A stretch of 64,000 bases of DNA from Bacilli bacterium (GTDB taxonomy: Bacteria; Bacillota_I; Bacilli_A; ML615J-28; CAG-313): NCBI GenBank assembly GCA_017398545.1, contig JAFQFT010000048.1, positions 2,418-66,417 on the forward strand, written 5' to 3'. Position numbers and translations under genes: made by a program. This document shows positions 54,125 to 63,364 of this stretch, in pieces. The notes beneath the pieces were generated by a model. The model was given only the letters and a program-made list of their open reading frames with translations. It had not been told where the DNA came from and ran no database searches. The first letter of the stretch is position 1; each line of letters starts with the position of its first letter.

Positions 54125-56029
54125 ATGATTAAAATTACATTCCCTGACCTTTCTGTAAAAGAATTTGAATCTGGAATTACTGCGGAAAAAATTGCTGAAA
54201 CAATTTCTTCTAGTCTTGCTAAAAAATGTATTATTGCAAAAGTAAATGATGAACTTTATGATATGAGTCGTCCTATTTTAGAAGATGCAAAATTAGAACT
54301 TTTAACTGACGTATCAAGTTATTATGATTTACTTAACCATTCTTGTGCTCATTTACTTGCTTGGGCATTAAAAGAGTTATATCCAAACGCTATGTTTGGT
54401 GTAGGTCCTGCTATTGAAGAAGGATTCTATTATGATGTTGATTTAGGTGATGTTAAACTAACAGAAGAAGATTTACCAAAAATCGAAAAGAAAATGGCTG
54501 CACTTGTTGCAAGTGGAGAAAAGATTAAACGTTTTGAAGTATCTAAAGAAGAAGCATTAGAACTTTTCAAAGATGATGTTTATAAAACTGAATTAATTAA
54601 TGAATTACCAGAGGGTTCTGTTATTACTGTTTATGAAGAAGGTAGTTATAAAGATTTATGTCGAGGACCACATGTATCAAGTGTTAAATTCTTAAAGAAC
54701 TTTAAACTTCTTGCATGTAGTGGTGCATACTGGAGAGGTGATTCTAATCGCCAAATGTTACAAAGAGTATATGGTACTTGTTTTGGCACTCCTGAAGAAT
54801 TAAAAGAACATCTTCATAACTTAGAAGAAAGAAAAAAACGTGACCATAGAAAATTAGGTAAAGAATTAGGCTTATTTATGATGAGTGAATATGGGCCAGG
54901 TTTCCCATTCTGGCTACCTAATGGTATGACTTTAAAAAATACTTTAGTAGGTTTTTGGACTGATATTCATACTAAACATGGTTATAAATTTATTCAAACA
55001 CCTACAATGTTAAATCGTGAACTTTGGGAAACAAGTGGTCACTGGTTTAACTATAAAGAAAATATGTATACTTCAACTATTGATGAAGCTGAATTTGCTA
55101 TTAAACCAATGAACTGTCCAGGTGGTATGTTGGTTTATAAAAATGATATTCATTCATATCGTGACTTCCCACTACGTCTTGGAGAATTAGGACTTGTTCA
55201 TCGTCATGAAGCAAGTGGTGCTTTAAGTGGTTTATTTAGAGTTAGAACATTTACTCAAGATGATGCTCACATCTTTATGACAGAAGATCAAATTAGAGAT
55301 GAAATTGCTGAAATTATTCTTCTTTATAAAAAAGTATATTCAGTGTTTAACTTAAACTTCCATATTGAACTTTCAACTCGTCCAGAAGATAAATATATTG
55401 GTGAAATTGCTGTATGGGATAAAGCAGAAGTTGCACTTGCAGAGGCTTGTAAAAAAGCAGGCTTTGATTATAAATTAAATCCAGGTGATGGTGCATTCTA
55501 TGGTCCTAAACTTGACTTTAAGTTAAGAGATTCAATGAATCGTATTTGGCAATGTGGTACAATCCAACTTGATATGAACTTACCTGAAAGATTTGATTTA
55601 ACTTATATTGCAGAAGATGGAACTAAGAAACGTCCTATTATGATTAATAGAGCTTTATTTGGTTCATTAGAAAGATTTATTGGTATTTTAATTGAACACT
55701 ATGGTGGTGCTTTCCCTACTTGGCTTGCTCCTGTTCAAGTTAAGATTATTCCGGTAAATAATGAATTCCATTTAGATTATGCAAAATCAGTATTTAAGAA
55801 ATTAGAAGATTTAGGCATTAGATGTGAAATAGATGATCGTGATGAAAAACTTGGATATAAGATGCGTGAAGCTCAAATGAAGAAGATTCCATATCAACTA
55901 GTACTTGGCGATAAAGAAGTTGAAGGAGTTTTAGTTAATGCTCGTAAATATGGTGAACAAGCTCAAAATGCTTATGCATTAGATGATTTTATTAATCTTC
56001 TTGTTGATGAAGTTAAAAATTTAAAATAA
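54125..56029 (+). CDS. thrS: threonine--tRNA ligase
   Basis: 634 aa. Has the TGS domain start, an editing-domain HSCAHLLA motif, the class II core (FRVRTFTQDDAHIF, GTIQLDMNLPERF) and an anticodon-binding domain. Confidence 0.97.
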   Translation: MIKITFPDLSVKEFESGITAEKIAETISSSLAKKCIIAKVNDELYDMSRPILEDAKLELLTDVSSYYDLLNHSCAHLLAWALKELYPNAMFGVGPAIEEGFYYDVDLGDVKLTEEDLPKIEKKMAALVASGEKIKRFEVSKEEALELFKDDVYKTELINELPEGSVITVYEEGSYKDLCRGPHVSSVKFLKNFKLLACSGAYWRGDSNRQMLQRVYGTCFGTPEELKEHLHNLEERKKRDHRKLGKELGLFMMSEYGPGFPFWLPNGMTLKNTLVGFWTDIHTKHGYKFIQTPTMLNRELWETSGHWFNYKENMYTSTIDEAEFAIKPMNCPGGMLVYKNDIHSYRDFPLRLGELGLVHRHEASGALSGLFRVRTFTQDDAHIFMTEDQIRDEIAEIILLYKKVYSVFNLNFHIELSTRPEDKYIGEIAVWDKAEVALAEACKKAGFDYKLNPGDGAFYGPKLDFKLRDSMNRIWQCGTIQLDMNLPERFDLTYIAEDGTKKRPIMINRALFGSLERFIGILIEHYGGAFPTWLAPVQVKIIPVNNEFHLDYAKSVFKKLEDLGIRCEIDDRDEKLGYKMREAQMKKIPYQLVLGDKEVEGVLVNARKYGEQAQNAYALDDFINLLVDEVKNLK

Positions 56030-56045
56030 TTAAAATTATATAATT

Positions 56046-56081
56046 GGTGTATCTAGATATTAAATTATCTATACACCTTTT
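56046..56081 (+). terminator. rho-independent terminator of thrS
   Basis: Stem GGTGTATCTAGATA / TATCTATACACC (with a 2-nt bulge), then TTTT. Confidence 0.7.
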
Positions 56082-56274
56082 GTATTTAATTTGACATATA
56101 AAGTCAAATAAAGGCATAAAATTAGATTTTTTATCTAATTATGTCTAATTAATCAAATTATAAGTATCTTTTAAAAATAAGGCTTTAATAAGTCTTTAAA
56201 TTGATGTGAAAAATATTTAAAAAATATAAGTAAACATTGAGTTTTTTAACTATTAAAAAATATTATTTTATTAC

Positions 56275-56302
56275 TTGCATATTTAGAAAATAAGTGTATA
56301 AT
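56275..56302 (+). promoter_or_regulatory. sigma-A-type promoter of the pot operon
   Basis: TTGCAT (56275-56280), 16-nt spacer, TATAAT (56297-56302). Confidence 0.55.
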
Positions 56303-56363
56303 AAAGGCATAATTATATGCATATTATGATTTAAAATTTAATGATTTAAGGAGGAATAATACT

Positions 56364-57572
56364 TTGAAAAAAGTTATTATTGAATTAAAGAACGTATCAC
56401 TAAGATACGATGACGATCCAGAAAACCCAATCGTCAATAATATTAATTTACAAATTTATGAAAATGAATTTGTTACACTTCTTGGACCATCAGGTTGTGG
56501 TAAAACTACAACTTTAAGAATGATTGCTGGGTTCCAAACACCAACAGAGGGTGAAGTTATTATTGATGGAAAAGTATTTAACGATATTCCACCATATGCT
56601 CGCCCAATCAATACAGTATTCCAACGTTATGCATTATTTCCACATTTAAATGTAATTGATAATGTAAAAATTGGACTTAACAATCGTCCACTTAAGAACT
56701 TAATTGAATTCTTTGGTGGAGAAGAAAAAATTTTAAATGAAATTAAAGAAGATAAACTTGCAAAAGGATTATCAGAAGAAAAAGCATCTAAAGTTAATCG
56801 TTTTGAAATCAATAAAAAGATTAATGAACATATTGATAAAGCAGCAAAAGATGCATTAGCACTTGTTAAATTAACAGATAAAGCTAATCGTAAGATTGAT
56901 CAAATGTCTGGTGGACAACAACAACGTGTTGCAATCGCAAGAGCTATTATCAATAAGCCTAAAATTTTACTATTAGATGAACCACTTGCAGCACTTGACT
57001 TAAAACTACGTCAAAACATGCAATATGAGTTAAAAGAAATGCAACGTGCCCTTGGTATTACATTTATTTTTGTAACACACGACCAAGAAGAAGCAATGAC
57101 AATGAGTGATCGTGTAGTTGTAATGCAAGATGGTATAATTCAACAACTAGGTACTCCTGAAGATATTTATAACGAGCCTGTTAACCCATTTGTTGCAAAC
57201 TTTATTGGTGAAACAAATATTGTTAGAGGTACATATTTAGAAGAAAATTTAATTGAATTCTTAGGAGTAGAATTCCCTATTCAAGGTTATAAATTTGAAA
57301 ATGGAGAAAAAGTTGATGTTGTTATTCGTCCAGAAGACTGGGACGTTGTTCCACTTGATCAAGCAAAATTAGTTGGTACAGTAACATCAAGAATATTTAA
57401 AGGTGTTCATTATGAAATTTGTGCAATGTTCGGTGAAAAAGAAATCGTAATTCACGCTTATGAAACACCTAATATTGGTGATAAGATTGGTCTAAAAGTA
57501 GACCCATATGAAATTCACTTAATGAAAGTGGATCCTGAAGAAGAAGTTAACGAGGAAAACGCGAATGAATAA
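56364..57572 (+). CDS. potA: spermidine/putrescine ABC transporter ATPase (with ~35-40-aa insertion)
   Basis: 402 aa. TTG start 8 nt after the AAGGAGG RBS. Walker A GPSGCGKTT, Q-loop TVFQRYALFPH, signature MSGGQQQR, Walker B LLLDEPLAALD, and a TOBE-like C-terminus. Confidence 0.85.
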   Translation: MKKVIIELKNVSLRYDDDPENPIVNNINLQIYENEFVTLLGPSGCGKTTTLRMIAGFQTPTEGEVIIDGKVFNDIPPYARPINTVFQRYALFPHLNVIDNVKIGLNNRPLKNLIEFFGGEEKILNEIKEDKLAKGLSEEKASKVNRFEINKKINEHIDKAAKDALALVKLTDKANRKIDQMSGGQQQRVAIARAIINKPKILLLDEPLAALDLKLRQNMQYELKEMQRALGITFIFVTHDQEEAMTMSDRVVVMQDGIIQQLGTPEDIYNEPVNPFVANFIGETNIVRGTYLEENLIEFLGVEFPIQGYKFENGEKVDVVIRPEDWDVVPLDQAKLVGTVTSRIFKGVHYEICAMFGEKEIVIHAYETPNIGDKIGLKVDPYEIHLMKVDPEEEVNEENANE

Positions 57573-58401
57573 GAAGTTTGCGCGTTTGTCTACGCCATAC
57601 TTATACTGGTTGTATATTTTAGCATTATTCCCAGCATTATTTATGTTTGTGTTAATGTTTTTAGATATTCCAGAAGGTTTAGACGTTTCTAATGGATTAA
57701 AATTTACTTTAGATAATTTTAAACAACTTACAGAACCTTCAACATTAATTGCATTTGGGAATAGTTTCTTATATGCTTTTATCGCAACAATTCTTAGTAT
57801 AGTATTTGGCTATCTTGTAGCTTTCAGATTATTTAGATCAAAGTTTAAAAATAAATTCTTAGTATTAGTAATTCTTATTTTACCAATGTGGACTAATATC
57901 TTACTTAGAACAGAATCACTTGCTGGATTTTTAAATTCAAATGGTAACGTAGTTTTAAGTTTATTTGGAATTGAAAGTGCAGATTTTGACCTTTTAGGTA
58001 CACCATTTGCAGTAATCTTTGGATTATTTGTAACATATGTACCATTTATGGTTATGCCAATCTTTAATAGCTTAGAAAAAATTGATAAATCTATTGAAGA
58101 AGCAGCACTTGATTTAGGTCTTACACATACACAAAAATTCTTTAAAGTAATCTTACCGATGTCTTCAAAAGGTATTGTTACTGGTTCTATTATGGTATTT
58201 TTACCTTGTCTATCTGGTTTTGCTATTCCAGAAATCTTAGGTCGTGGAAATATCGTATTAATTGGTAATGTAATTGAAGCATCATTTAAGAACATGAGTT
58301 ATACTATTGGATCACTACTTGCAGTAATTATTTTAGTTGTAATCCTACTTAGTATCTTCGTTGTTAGCAAAATTGACAAGGAAGGAGAAACACTACTATA
58401 A
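57565..58401 (+). CDS. potB: spermidine/putrescine ABC transporter permease
   Basis: 278 aa, 6 TM helices. EAA loop: IEEAALDLGLTHTQKFFKVILP. Overlaps potA by 8 nt. Confidence 0.85.
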   Translation: MNKKFARLSTPYLYWLYILALFPALFMFVLMFLDIPEGLDVSNGLKFTLDNFKQLTEPSTLIAFGNSFLYAFIATILSIVFGYLVAFRLFRSKFKNKFLVLVILILPMWTNILLRTESLAGFLNSNGNVVLSLFGIESADFDLLGTPFAVIFGLFVTYVPFMVMPIFNSLEKIDKSIEEAALDLGLTHTQKFFKVILPMSSKGIVTGSIMVFLPCLSGFAIPEILGRGNIVLIGNVIEASFKNMSYTIGSLLAVIILVVILLSIFVVSKIDKEGETLL

Positions 58402-59300
58402 TGAAAAATCAAGAAATAAAATATATAGATGGTGTTCCTGTAGCACGTTTACAAGATTATGGTTATCGTGATTTTAGTATCCTTCATAAGATTTGGAAAG
58501 TTGTATCAACTATTTTAGTATATATAGTAATATTTTTAGTATATTTATCAGTATTAATTATTGCAGTTAAATCATTTAACGCGGATACTGCTCAATCAGA
58601 GTTTACTAAGTTTACATTTGATCATTATATTAATATGTTTAAAGATGCATCACTTTCTTATGCAATTTCTAATACATTTAAGATTAGTCTTGTTGCAACA
58701 ATAGTTTCAACAGTTGCAGGTACTTTAATTGCGGTGGGTATTCATTATTTATTTGGTAAAAAACGCCAATATATTATGATGTTAAATAATATTCCACTTC
58801 TTAATGCGGATATTGTAACTGGTATTTCGATTATGTTAATTTTCTCAATTGTAATGAGAATTCCAGGGCTTCAATATATTTTTGGTTTCCCTACAATGCT
58901 TGTTGCACATGTATATTTCTGTTTACCATATGTTATTTTAAATGTTTTACCAAAACTAAAAGAAATTGACCCTAATATGATGGATGCAGCACTTGACCTA
59001 GGTCTTAAACCTCATAAAGCATTAATTAAAGTAATTGTACCTGCAATTAAATCAGGTATCTTTGCTGGTTTAATCTTTGCATTTACAATGAGTTTTGATG
59101 ATTTCGTAATTAGTTATTATACAACAGGTAATGGATTTAATAACTTATCTATTTGGATATATAGTTCAATTGGTAGAAAATCTTTAAAACCTCAAGTATA
59201 TGCATTTAGTACAGTTATTACTTTTGGTGCAATGGCACTATTACTTATTGCTAATTTCTTATCTAGCAGAAAGGAAGTTAAACATGGCAAAAAGAAGTAA
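58401..59300 (+). CDS. potC: spermidine/putrescine ABC transporter permease
   Basis: 299 aa. EAA loop: MMDAALDLGLKPHKALIKVIVP. ATGA overlap with potB. Confidence 0.85.
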   Translation: MKNQEIKYIDGVPVARLQDYGYRDFSILHKIWKVVSTILVYIVIFLVYLSVLIIAVKSFNADTAQSEFTKFTFDHYINMFKDASLSYAISNTFKISLVATIVSTVAGTLIAVGIHYLFGKKRQYIMMLNNIPLLNADIVTGISIMLIFSIVMRIPGLQYIFGFPTMLVAHVYFCLPYVILNVLPKLKEIDPNMMDAALDLGLKPHKALIKVIVPAIKSGIFAGLIFAFTMSFDDFVISYYTTGNGFNNLSIWIYSSIGRKSLKPQVYAFSTVITFGAMALLLIANFLSSRKEVKHGKKK

Positions 59301-60612
59301 AAAGTATTTGTTATTAGTTGCTTTAATGATGATAATTAGTGTATTTGTATCTGGGTGTTCATCTAAAGAAACATTACTTTTCTTAAACTGGGGTGAATAT
59401 ATTAATTATGATATGGTTGAAGCTTTTGAAAAAGAATATAATTGTAATGTTATTGTAGACTTAGCAGATTCAAATGAATTATTCTATGCAAAAGTAAAAA
59501 GTGGTACTACTGCTTATGACCTTGTGTGCCCTGCAGAATACATGGTACAAAAAATGTACATGAACGATTTACTACAACCACTTTATAGTAATGATGAAGA
59601 ATTAGCAAAATACTTCCCTACTCTTGCAAATGGTAAAGTAACATTCATGGATGGAGTTAATCAAATTGCAGAAAAACTAGATATATCTATGAAAGAGACA
59701 CTAGGAGATAGTTACCAAACAGGTGAAATCGAAAAATACTATATGCCATACTTCTGGGGTACATTTGGTTTAATGTACAACAAACAGCTAGAAATCTTTG
59801 AAGATAAACAAACTTGGGATACAAAAGATATGGATAATCCAATTCTTTTAAGTGATACACCTGATGGACATCCAGATATCTTACAAAGAAATAACGCATG
59901 GAAGATTTTCTTCTTTGATGAAACAGCAGATGAAGTCCTACCTACATCAATTAGAGTTGGACAGTATAGTGCTGTAAGATTTACTTATGGTGCTGTAATG
60001 ACATATCTTGATGGTACACCAAATACACCTGTAAATGATGGTATTGAAAGATTTAGAGAAACACTATCTAGAAGAAAATACACTCAATGGGCAGCAGATG
60101 AACTTAAACACAGTATTGAAGCTCATGAAATTGATATGGCATTTGCATATACAGGTGACTGTTTAGATATGGTATATTTAAGATTCTTAGAACGTGGACT
60201 TACATATGAAACACTAGACTTCTTCACATATGCACCAACAGAAACAATGGCACATATCGATGCGTTAGTAATACCTAAAAATGCGCGTCATGCAGATCTA
60301 GCAAGAAAATTTATTAACTTCTTATTAATTCCAGATAACGCATGGCTTAATAACAGAGACATTGGTTACCTTCCACCACTTGAACAAGTATATGATATGA
60401 TTGTTAACCAAAAAGCTCCAAACGTATCTGAAGATAGTTACTTATACTTCGAAGAAACAGAAGAAGAAATGTTCTGGAGAGAAAACTGGGCTAAAGCTAT
60501 TCAAGCTATAGAACCACGTGAAGGAATGGATCTTACACCATTCTCATATTTCGAAACTGAAGATATTAATAGACTTAATAATATTGTAAATAATATTAAA
60601 GTTTCTAAATAA
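59284..60612 (+). CDS. potD: spermidine/putrescine ABC transporter substrate-binding lipoprotein
   Basis: Start moved to ATG 59284 (AAGGAAG RBS), giving MAKRSKKYLLLVALMMIISVFVSGC with a lipobox. LNWGEYINYDMVEAFEKEYNCNV is a typical PotD N-terminal strand. Confidence 0.8.
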   Translation: MAKRSKKYLLLVALMMIISVFVSGCSSKETLLFLNWGEYINYDMVEAFEKEYNCNVIVDLADSNELFYAKVKSGTTAYDLVCPAEYMVQKMYMNDLLQPLYSNDEELAKYFPTLANGKVTFMDGVNQIAEKLDISMKETLGDSYQTGEIEKYYMPYFWGTFGLMYNKQLEIFEDKQTWDTKDMDNPILLSDTPDGHPDILQRNNAWKIFFFDETADEVLPTSIRVGQYSAVRFTYGAVMTYLDGTPNTPVNDGIERFRETLSRRKYTQWAADELKHSIEAHEIDMAFAYTGDCLDMVYLRFLERGLTYETLDFFTYAPTETMAHIDALVIPKNARHADLARKFINFLLIPDNAWLNNRDIGYLPPLEQVYDMIVNQKAPNVSEDSYLYFEETEEEMFWRENWAKAIQAIEPREGMDLTPFSYFETEDINRLNNIVNNIKVSK

Positions 60613-60652
60613 AAATAAAAGGTATACCTTTTAAACTTGCTAAAAAAACACA

Positions 60653-60691
60653 ATAAAGGATATCAAATATAGCGATATCCTTTATTTTTTA
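60653..60691 (+). terminator. rho-independent terminator of the pot operon
   Basis: 12-bp stem ATAAAGGATATC / GATATCCTTTAT with a 9-nt loop, then TTTTT. Confidence 0.8.
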
Positions 60692-60763
60692 TAGCAAAAT
60701 CTTTATGTCATAAAGGTATACTTTATGACAATAATAGAAAACAAGAAAAGAGGAAAAAGTAAA

Positions 60764-61684
60764 ATGGGTTTAAAAGAAAATGCAGCACTAAAACTTAGTG
60801 TACTACTTAATTTAAAAGCAGAAGGTGCTACTGTTTATGGAGAAGTAAACGATTATCATTTCTCTATAAATCAAATACCATATGGTAACGCAACAGTATG
60901 GCAACTTACAATGTTACTTGATAAGACATTATCAACTGATACTCAAACAAATTTAAAGAAAACACATAAAATAAATATTCAATATACTGCACTTGATATA
61001 ACTCCTACGTATCAAGCAGTAGCATATAATATCGTTCTTAATATGCCAATGTCTAAAGAAAAACAAGTAAATTACTTTAATAATTTAATAACAACTTTAA
61101 CAAATATGCTTGCAAATGAAGGTATTAGTAATATTGAAAATTGTGGGCTTTGTGGAGTAACAAAAGAAGATGAAGATGTTGAATACGCTGTATATAAAGG
61201 ATTATATATTAAACTTCATAAATCATGTATAGAAGCAGCTTATGAAGAACAAAGAAGAGAAATTGAAAAAGAAAACAAAAACATTAAACGTCTTCCGATC
61301 AGTATTATTTTAGCATTCTTAGGTGCTGTTGTAGGGATTATTCCATCAGTTATTTCAATATTTGGATTTGGTTGGTTATTCGGAATATTATTTGCAATAT
61401 GTCCAATTGCATCATTCTTTGGATATAAACTTGGAAAAGCTCCACTTAGATGGTACGCAACATTAATTGCTGCTGTTTGTTCGTTAATTGTTACTGCTTT
61501 AGTAATTATATTATTTGGTTTATTAGTTGCTGCAGCAGCAAACGCAACACTTCAAGAAGTGTTTGCAGATTCAGAACTTGGTTTAGGTGCATTACTAGGA
61601 CAAGCATTATTATTTGATATTGTAGGTATTGCTTGTGCATTTGGATATATATCTAAAACAAGAAGTGGAAAGGTTTCTAAATAA
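60764..61684 (+). CDS. hypothetical membrane protein (soluble N-domain with CxxC...C, four C-terminal TM helices)
   Basis: Start moved to ATG 60764 (AAGAGGA RBS), because a TATACT -10-like hexamer at 60717-60722 sits directly on the upstream ATG. The C-terminal half is hydrophobic (LPISIILAFLGAVVGIIPSVISIFGFGWLFGILFAICPIASFF...). No family recognised. Confidence 0.55.
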   Translation: MGLKENAALKLSVLLNLKAEGATVYGEVNDYHFSINQIPYGNATVWQLTMLLDKTLSTDTQTNLKKTHKINIQYTALDITPTYQAVAYNIVLNMPMSKEKQVNYFNNLITTLTNMLANEGISNIENCGLCGVTKEDEDVEYAVYKGLYIKLHKSCIEAAYEEQRREIEKENKNIKRLPISIILAFLGAVVGIIPSVISIFGFGWLFGILFAICPIASFFGYKLGKAPLRWYATLIAAVCSLIVTALVIILFGLLVAAAANATLQEVFADSELGLGALLGQALLFDIVGIACAFGYISKTRSGKVSK

Positions 61685-61693
61685 TAAACTTGC

Positions 61694-61722
61694 TTGACAT
61701 AAAACAATATATATGATATACT
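61694..61722 (+). promoter_or_regulatory. near-consensus sigma-A promoter with no ORF behind it
   Basis: TTGACA (61694-61699), 17-nt spacer, TATACT (61717-61722). Confidence 0.55.
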
Positions 61723-61728
61723 ATCAGT

Positions 61729-61836
61729 ATGGGGAAAATTCTCATACTCTAAGATAGTTAAAATAATCATAAAGTATGTATCTTAAAAAATTTAAAGACT
61801 AAACTTTAACTCTCTTAGAAATAAGAGAGTTTTTTG
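61729..61836 (+). ncRNA. candidate ~105-nt small RNA or terminated leader
   Basis: Lies between the promoter at 61694-61722 and the terminator ACTCTCTTA-gaaa-TAAGAGAGT plus TTTTT (61809-61836). Internal hairpins are AGTATG-gggaaaattct-CATACT and AAGATA...TATCTT. The only ORFs inside are 7-8 codons and lack an RBS. Confidence 0.35.
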
Positions 61837-61932
61837 TATGCATAGCATACAATATAATAGTGGAAGATGTGATAATATGAAAAATACCTATTTGGTAAAT
61901 ATGTTGATTATTCTCAAAAGGAGTGATTTAAA

Positions 61933-63288
61933 ATGAAAAGAATAGTTATACTTTTTTTAAGTTTGTTATTTATTTTTAATGTGATAAGTTGTAAAGAAAA
62001 TAACAACTCAAATAATGATATAAAAAATAATGAACCAGATAGTAATATAGAAAATAAAGAACCAGATAGTAATATAGAAAATAAAGAACCTGATAATAAT
62101 GTAGAAAATAAAGAACCTGATAATAATGTAGAAAATATTAATCTAGAAGATTATAAAATAACGTCAAAAGAATTAATAGAACAATCTTTAATATATAAAG
62201 AGTTTAACTTTAAAGAAGATGATTGGACAAAAATTGTTAATTGTATTAGTAATGGAAAAGAACAAATAGATTTGGCTTCTTCTAAAGAAGAAATCGATGA
62301 TATTGTATATAATGTGAAGGCTTTTTTAAATAATGTATATAATGATAGAATATACACATGGATAGGTGGAGGAGAGCCATTTACAGAAGGTGATGGAACA
62401 AAAGATAATCCATATATTATTGATAATGTGAGGAAATTTATCTATTTTTCAGATTCCATAAACAATAAGACTGAACCAGATGCATATTATGAACTTACAA
62501 CAGATTTAGATTTAAAAAATATAAATTGGATACCTATTGGTATTTCTGATGATAGAAGTTTTAAAGGTCATTTTAATGGAAATGGTTATGAAATTAAAAA
62601 TTGTAAGATATTTGAATATAAAATTATGTGGTATGTAGAATTAGACGTTGTAGGTTTATTTGGTTATAACGATGGTACCATAGAAAACTTAGGAATAGAT
62701 GATGTAAATATAAATGTCCAATTTCGTTATAAAGAAGCTAAATATTGTGCTATTCGTGCAGGTGGAATAGTTGGGGTTAATAATGGAATAATTAATAATT
62801 GTTATACTATTGGAAATATGATGCTAAATTATATGGGAGGAAGATCAGGATGTACTTCGCCTTGTCATATTTATTCTGGAGGAATAACTGCCTTAAACGA
62901 AGGGATTGTTAGTAATTCATATGCCAATATCAATATTAATATTGAATTCGATGAAAATAGTGGTGGTGTTTATGTCTCTGGAATTGGAAAAGGAGGTAAA
63001 ATTGAAAATAGTTTTGTTATTTTAAATTATGATATTTATGATAGACTTTGGTCACTAGATGATGTACAGGTGTATGATATTGGTGGATATGATGAAATTA
63101 ATTGCTTTAGATATCAATATGATAATAGAATATTTCCTGATACTTGTATATTTGATGAATTAAACTCTAAAGAGTTTTATGTTAACAAACTAAATTGGAA
63201 TCCTGAAATATGGGATTTGGATAATATTGTTTTCGATAATGATAATTATGTAGATAATTGTTATCCAAGATTAAAAAAACAAAAATAA
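61933..63288 (+). CDS. lipoprotein with N-terminal 9-aa tandem repeats and GLUG-motif domain
   Basis: 451 aa. Signal and lipobox: MKRIVILFLSLLFIFNVISC. Repeats (E/N)NKEPD(S/N)N(I/V). GLUG-type repeats VGLFGYNDGTIENL, AGGIVGVNNGIINNCY and SGGITALNEGIVSNSY. Confidence 0.7.
   Translation: MKRIVILFLSLLFIFNVISCKENNNSNNDIKNNEPDSNIENKEPDSNIENKEPDNNVENKEPDNNVENINLEDYKITSKELIEQSLIYKEFNFKEDDWTKIVNCISNGKEQIDLASSKEEIDDIVYNVKAFLNNVYNDRIYTWIGGGEPFTEGDGTKDNPYIIDNVRKFIYFSDSINNKTEPDAYYELTTDLDLKNINWIPIGISDDRSFKGHFNGNGYEIKNCKIFEYKIMWYVELDVVGLFGYNDGTIENLGIDDVNINVQFRYKEAKYCAIRAGGIVGVNNGIINNCYTIGNMMLNYMGGRSGCTSPCHIYSGGITALNEGIVSNSYANININIEFDENSGGVYVSGIGKGGKIENSFVILNYDIYDRLWSLDDVQVYDIGGYDEINCFRYQYDNRIFPDTCIFDELNSKEFYVNKLNWNPEIWDLDNIVFDNDNYVDNCYPRLKKQK
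62032..62136 (+). repeat. 27-bp tandem repeat, ~3.9 copies, in frame
   Basis: gaaccagatagtaatatagaaaataaa x2, then gaacctgataataatgtagaaaataaa x2 (the last copy is partial). Units start at 62032, 62059, 62086 and 62113. Confidence 0.9.
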
Positions 63289-63364
63289 AAATTATAATAT
63301 AGGGAGAAAATTAAAAAATAATGTTTTTTGTTGTATAACATACAATACGAGGAGATTTAATAAT

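Noticed and set aside
60617-60632. 16-bp palindrome AAAAGGTATACCTTTT right after potD, considered as a terminator
   Set aside because: As a hairpin it has only a 6-bp stem with 2 G-C pairs and a 4-nt loop. The strong 12-bp-stem terminator at 60653-60691 is the likely functional one.
29565-60763. Upstream-extended starts given by the ORF track (29565, 31951, 33258, 35208, 38048, 39367, 46679, 59200, 60725)
   Set aside because: In each case a downstream ATG has a proper RBS at 5-10 nt. That ATG also restores a canonical N-terminus (lipobox signal peptides, FeoA, DtxR-family, CysE, OppC, PotD). The extension would either overlap the upstream gene substantially or sit on the promoter -10.
61877-61936. 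19-codon uORF (MKNTYLVNMLIILKRSDLK) whose stop overlaps the GLUG lipoprotein start
   Set aside because: It has only a weak GGAAG about 10 nt upstream and no recognisable function. It is mentioned for completeness but not supported as a gene.
26217-62357. Other track ORFs: 26217-26450(+), 28817-29032(-), 29151-29336(-), 29749-29943(-), 36209-36412(+), 36383-36784(-), 38284-38469(-), 47406-47660(-), 56627-56812(-), 57810-58295(-), 59687-59899(-), 61552-61770(-), 62151-62357(-)
   Set aside because: All are nested in or antisense to recognisable genes (rpmE, the aminopeptidase, the amidase lipoprotein, feoB, the repressor, oppC, potA, potB, potD, the membrane protein, the GLUG lipoprotein). None has translation signals.
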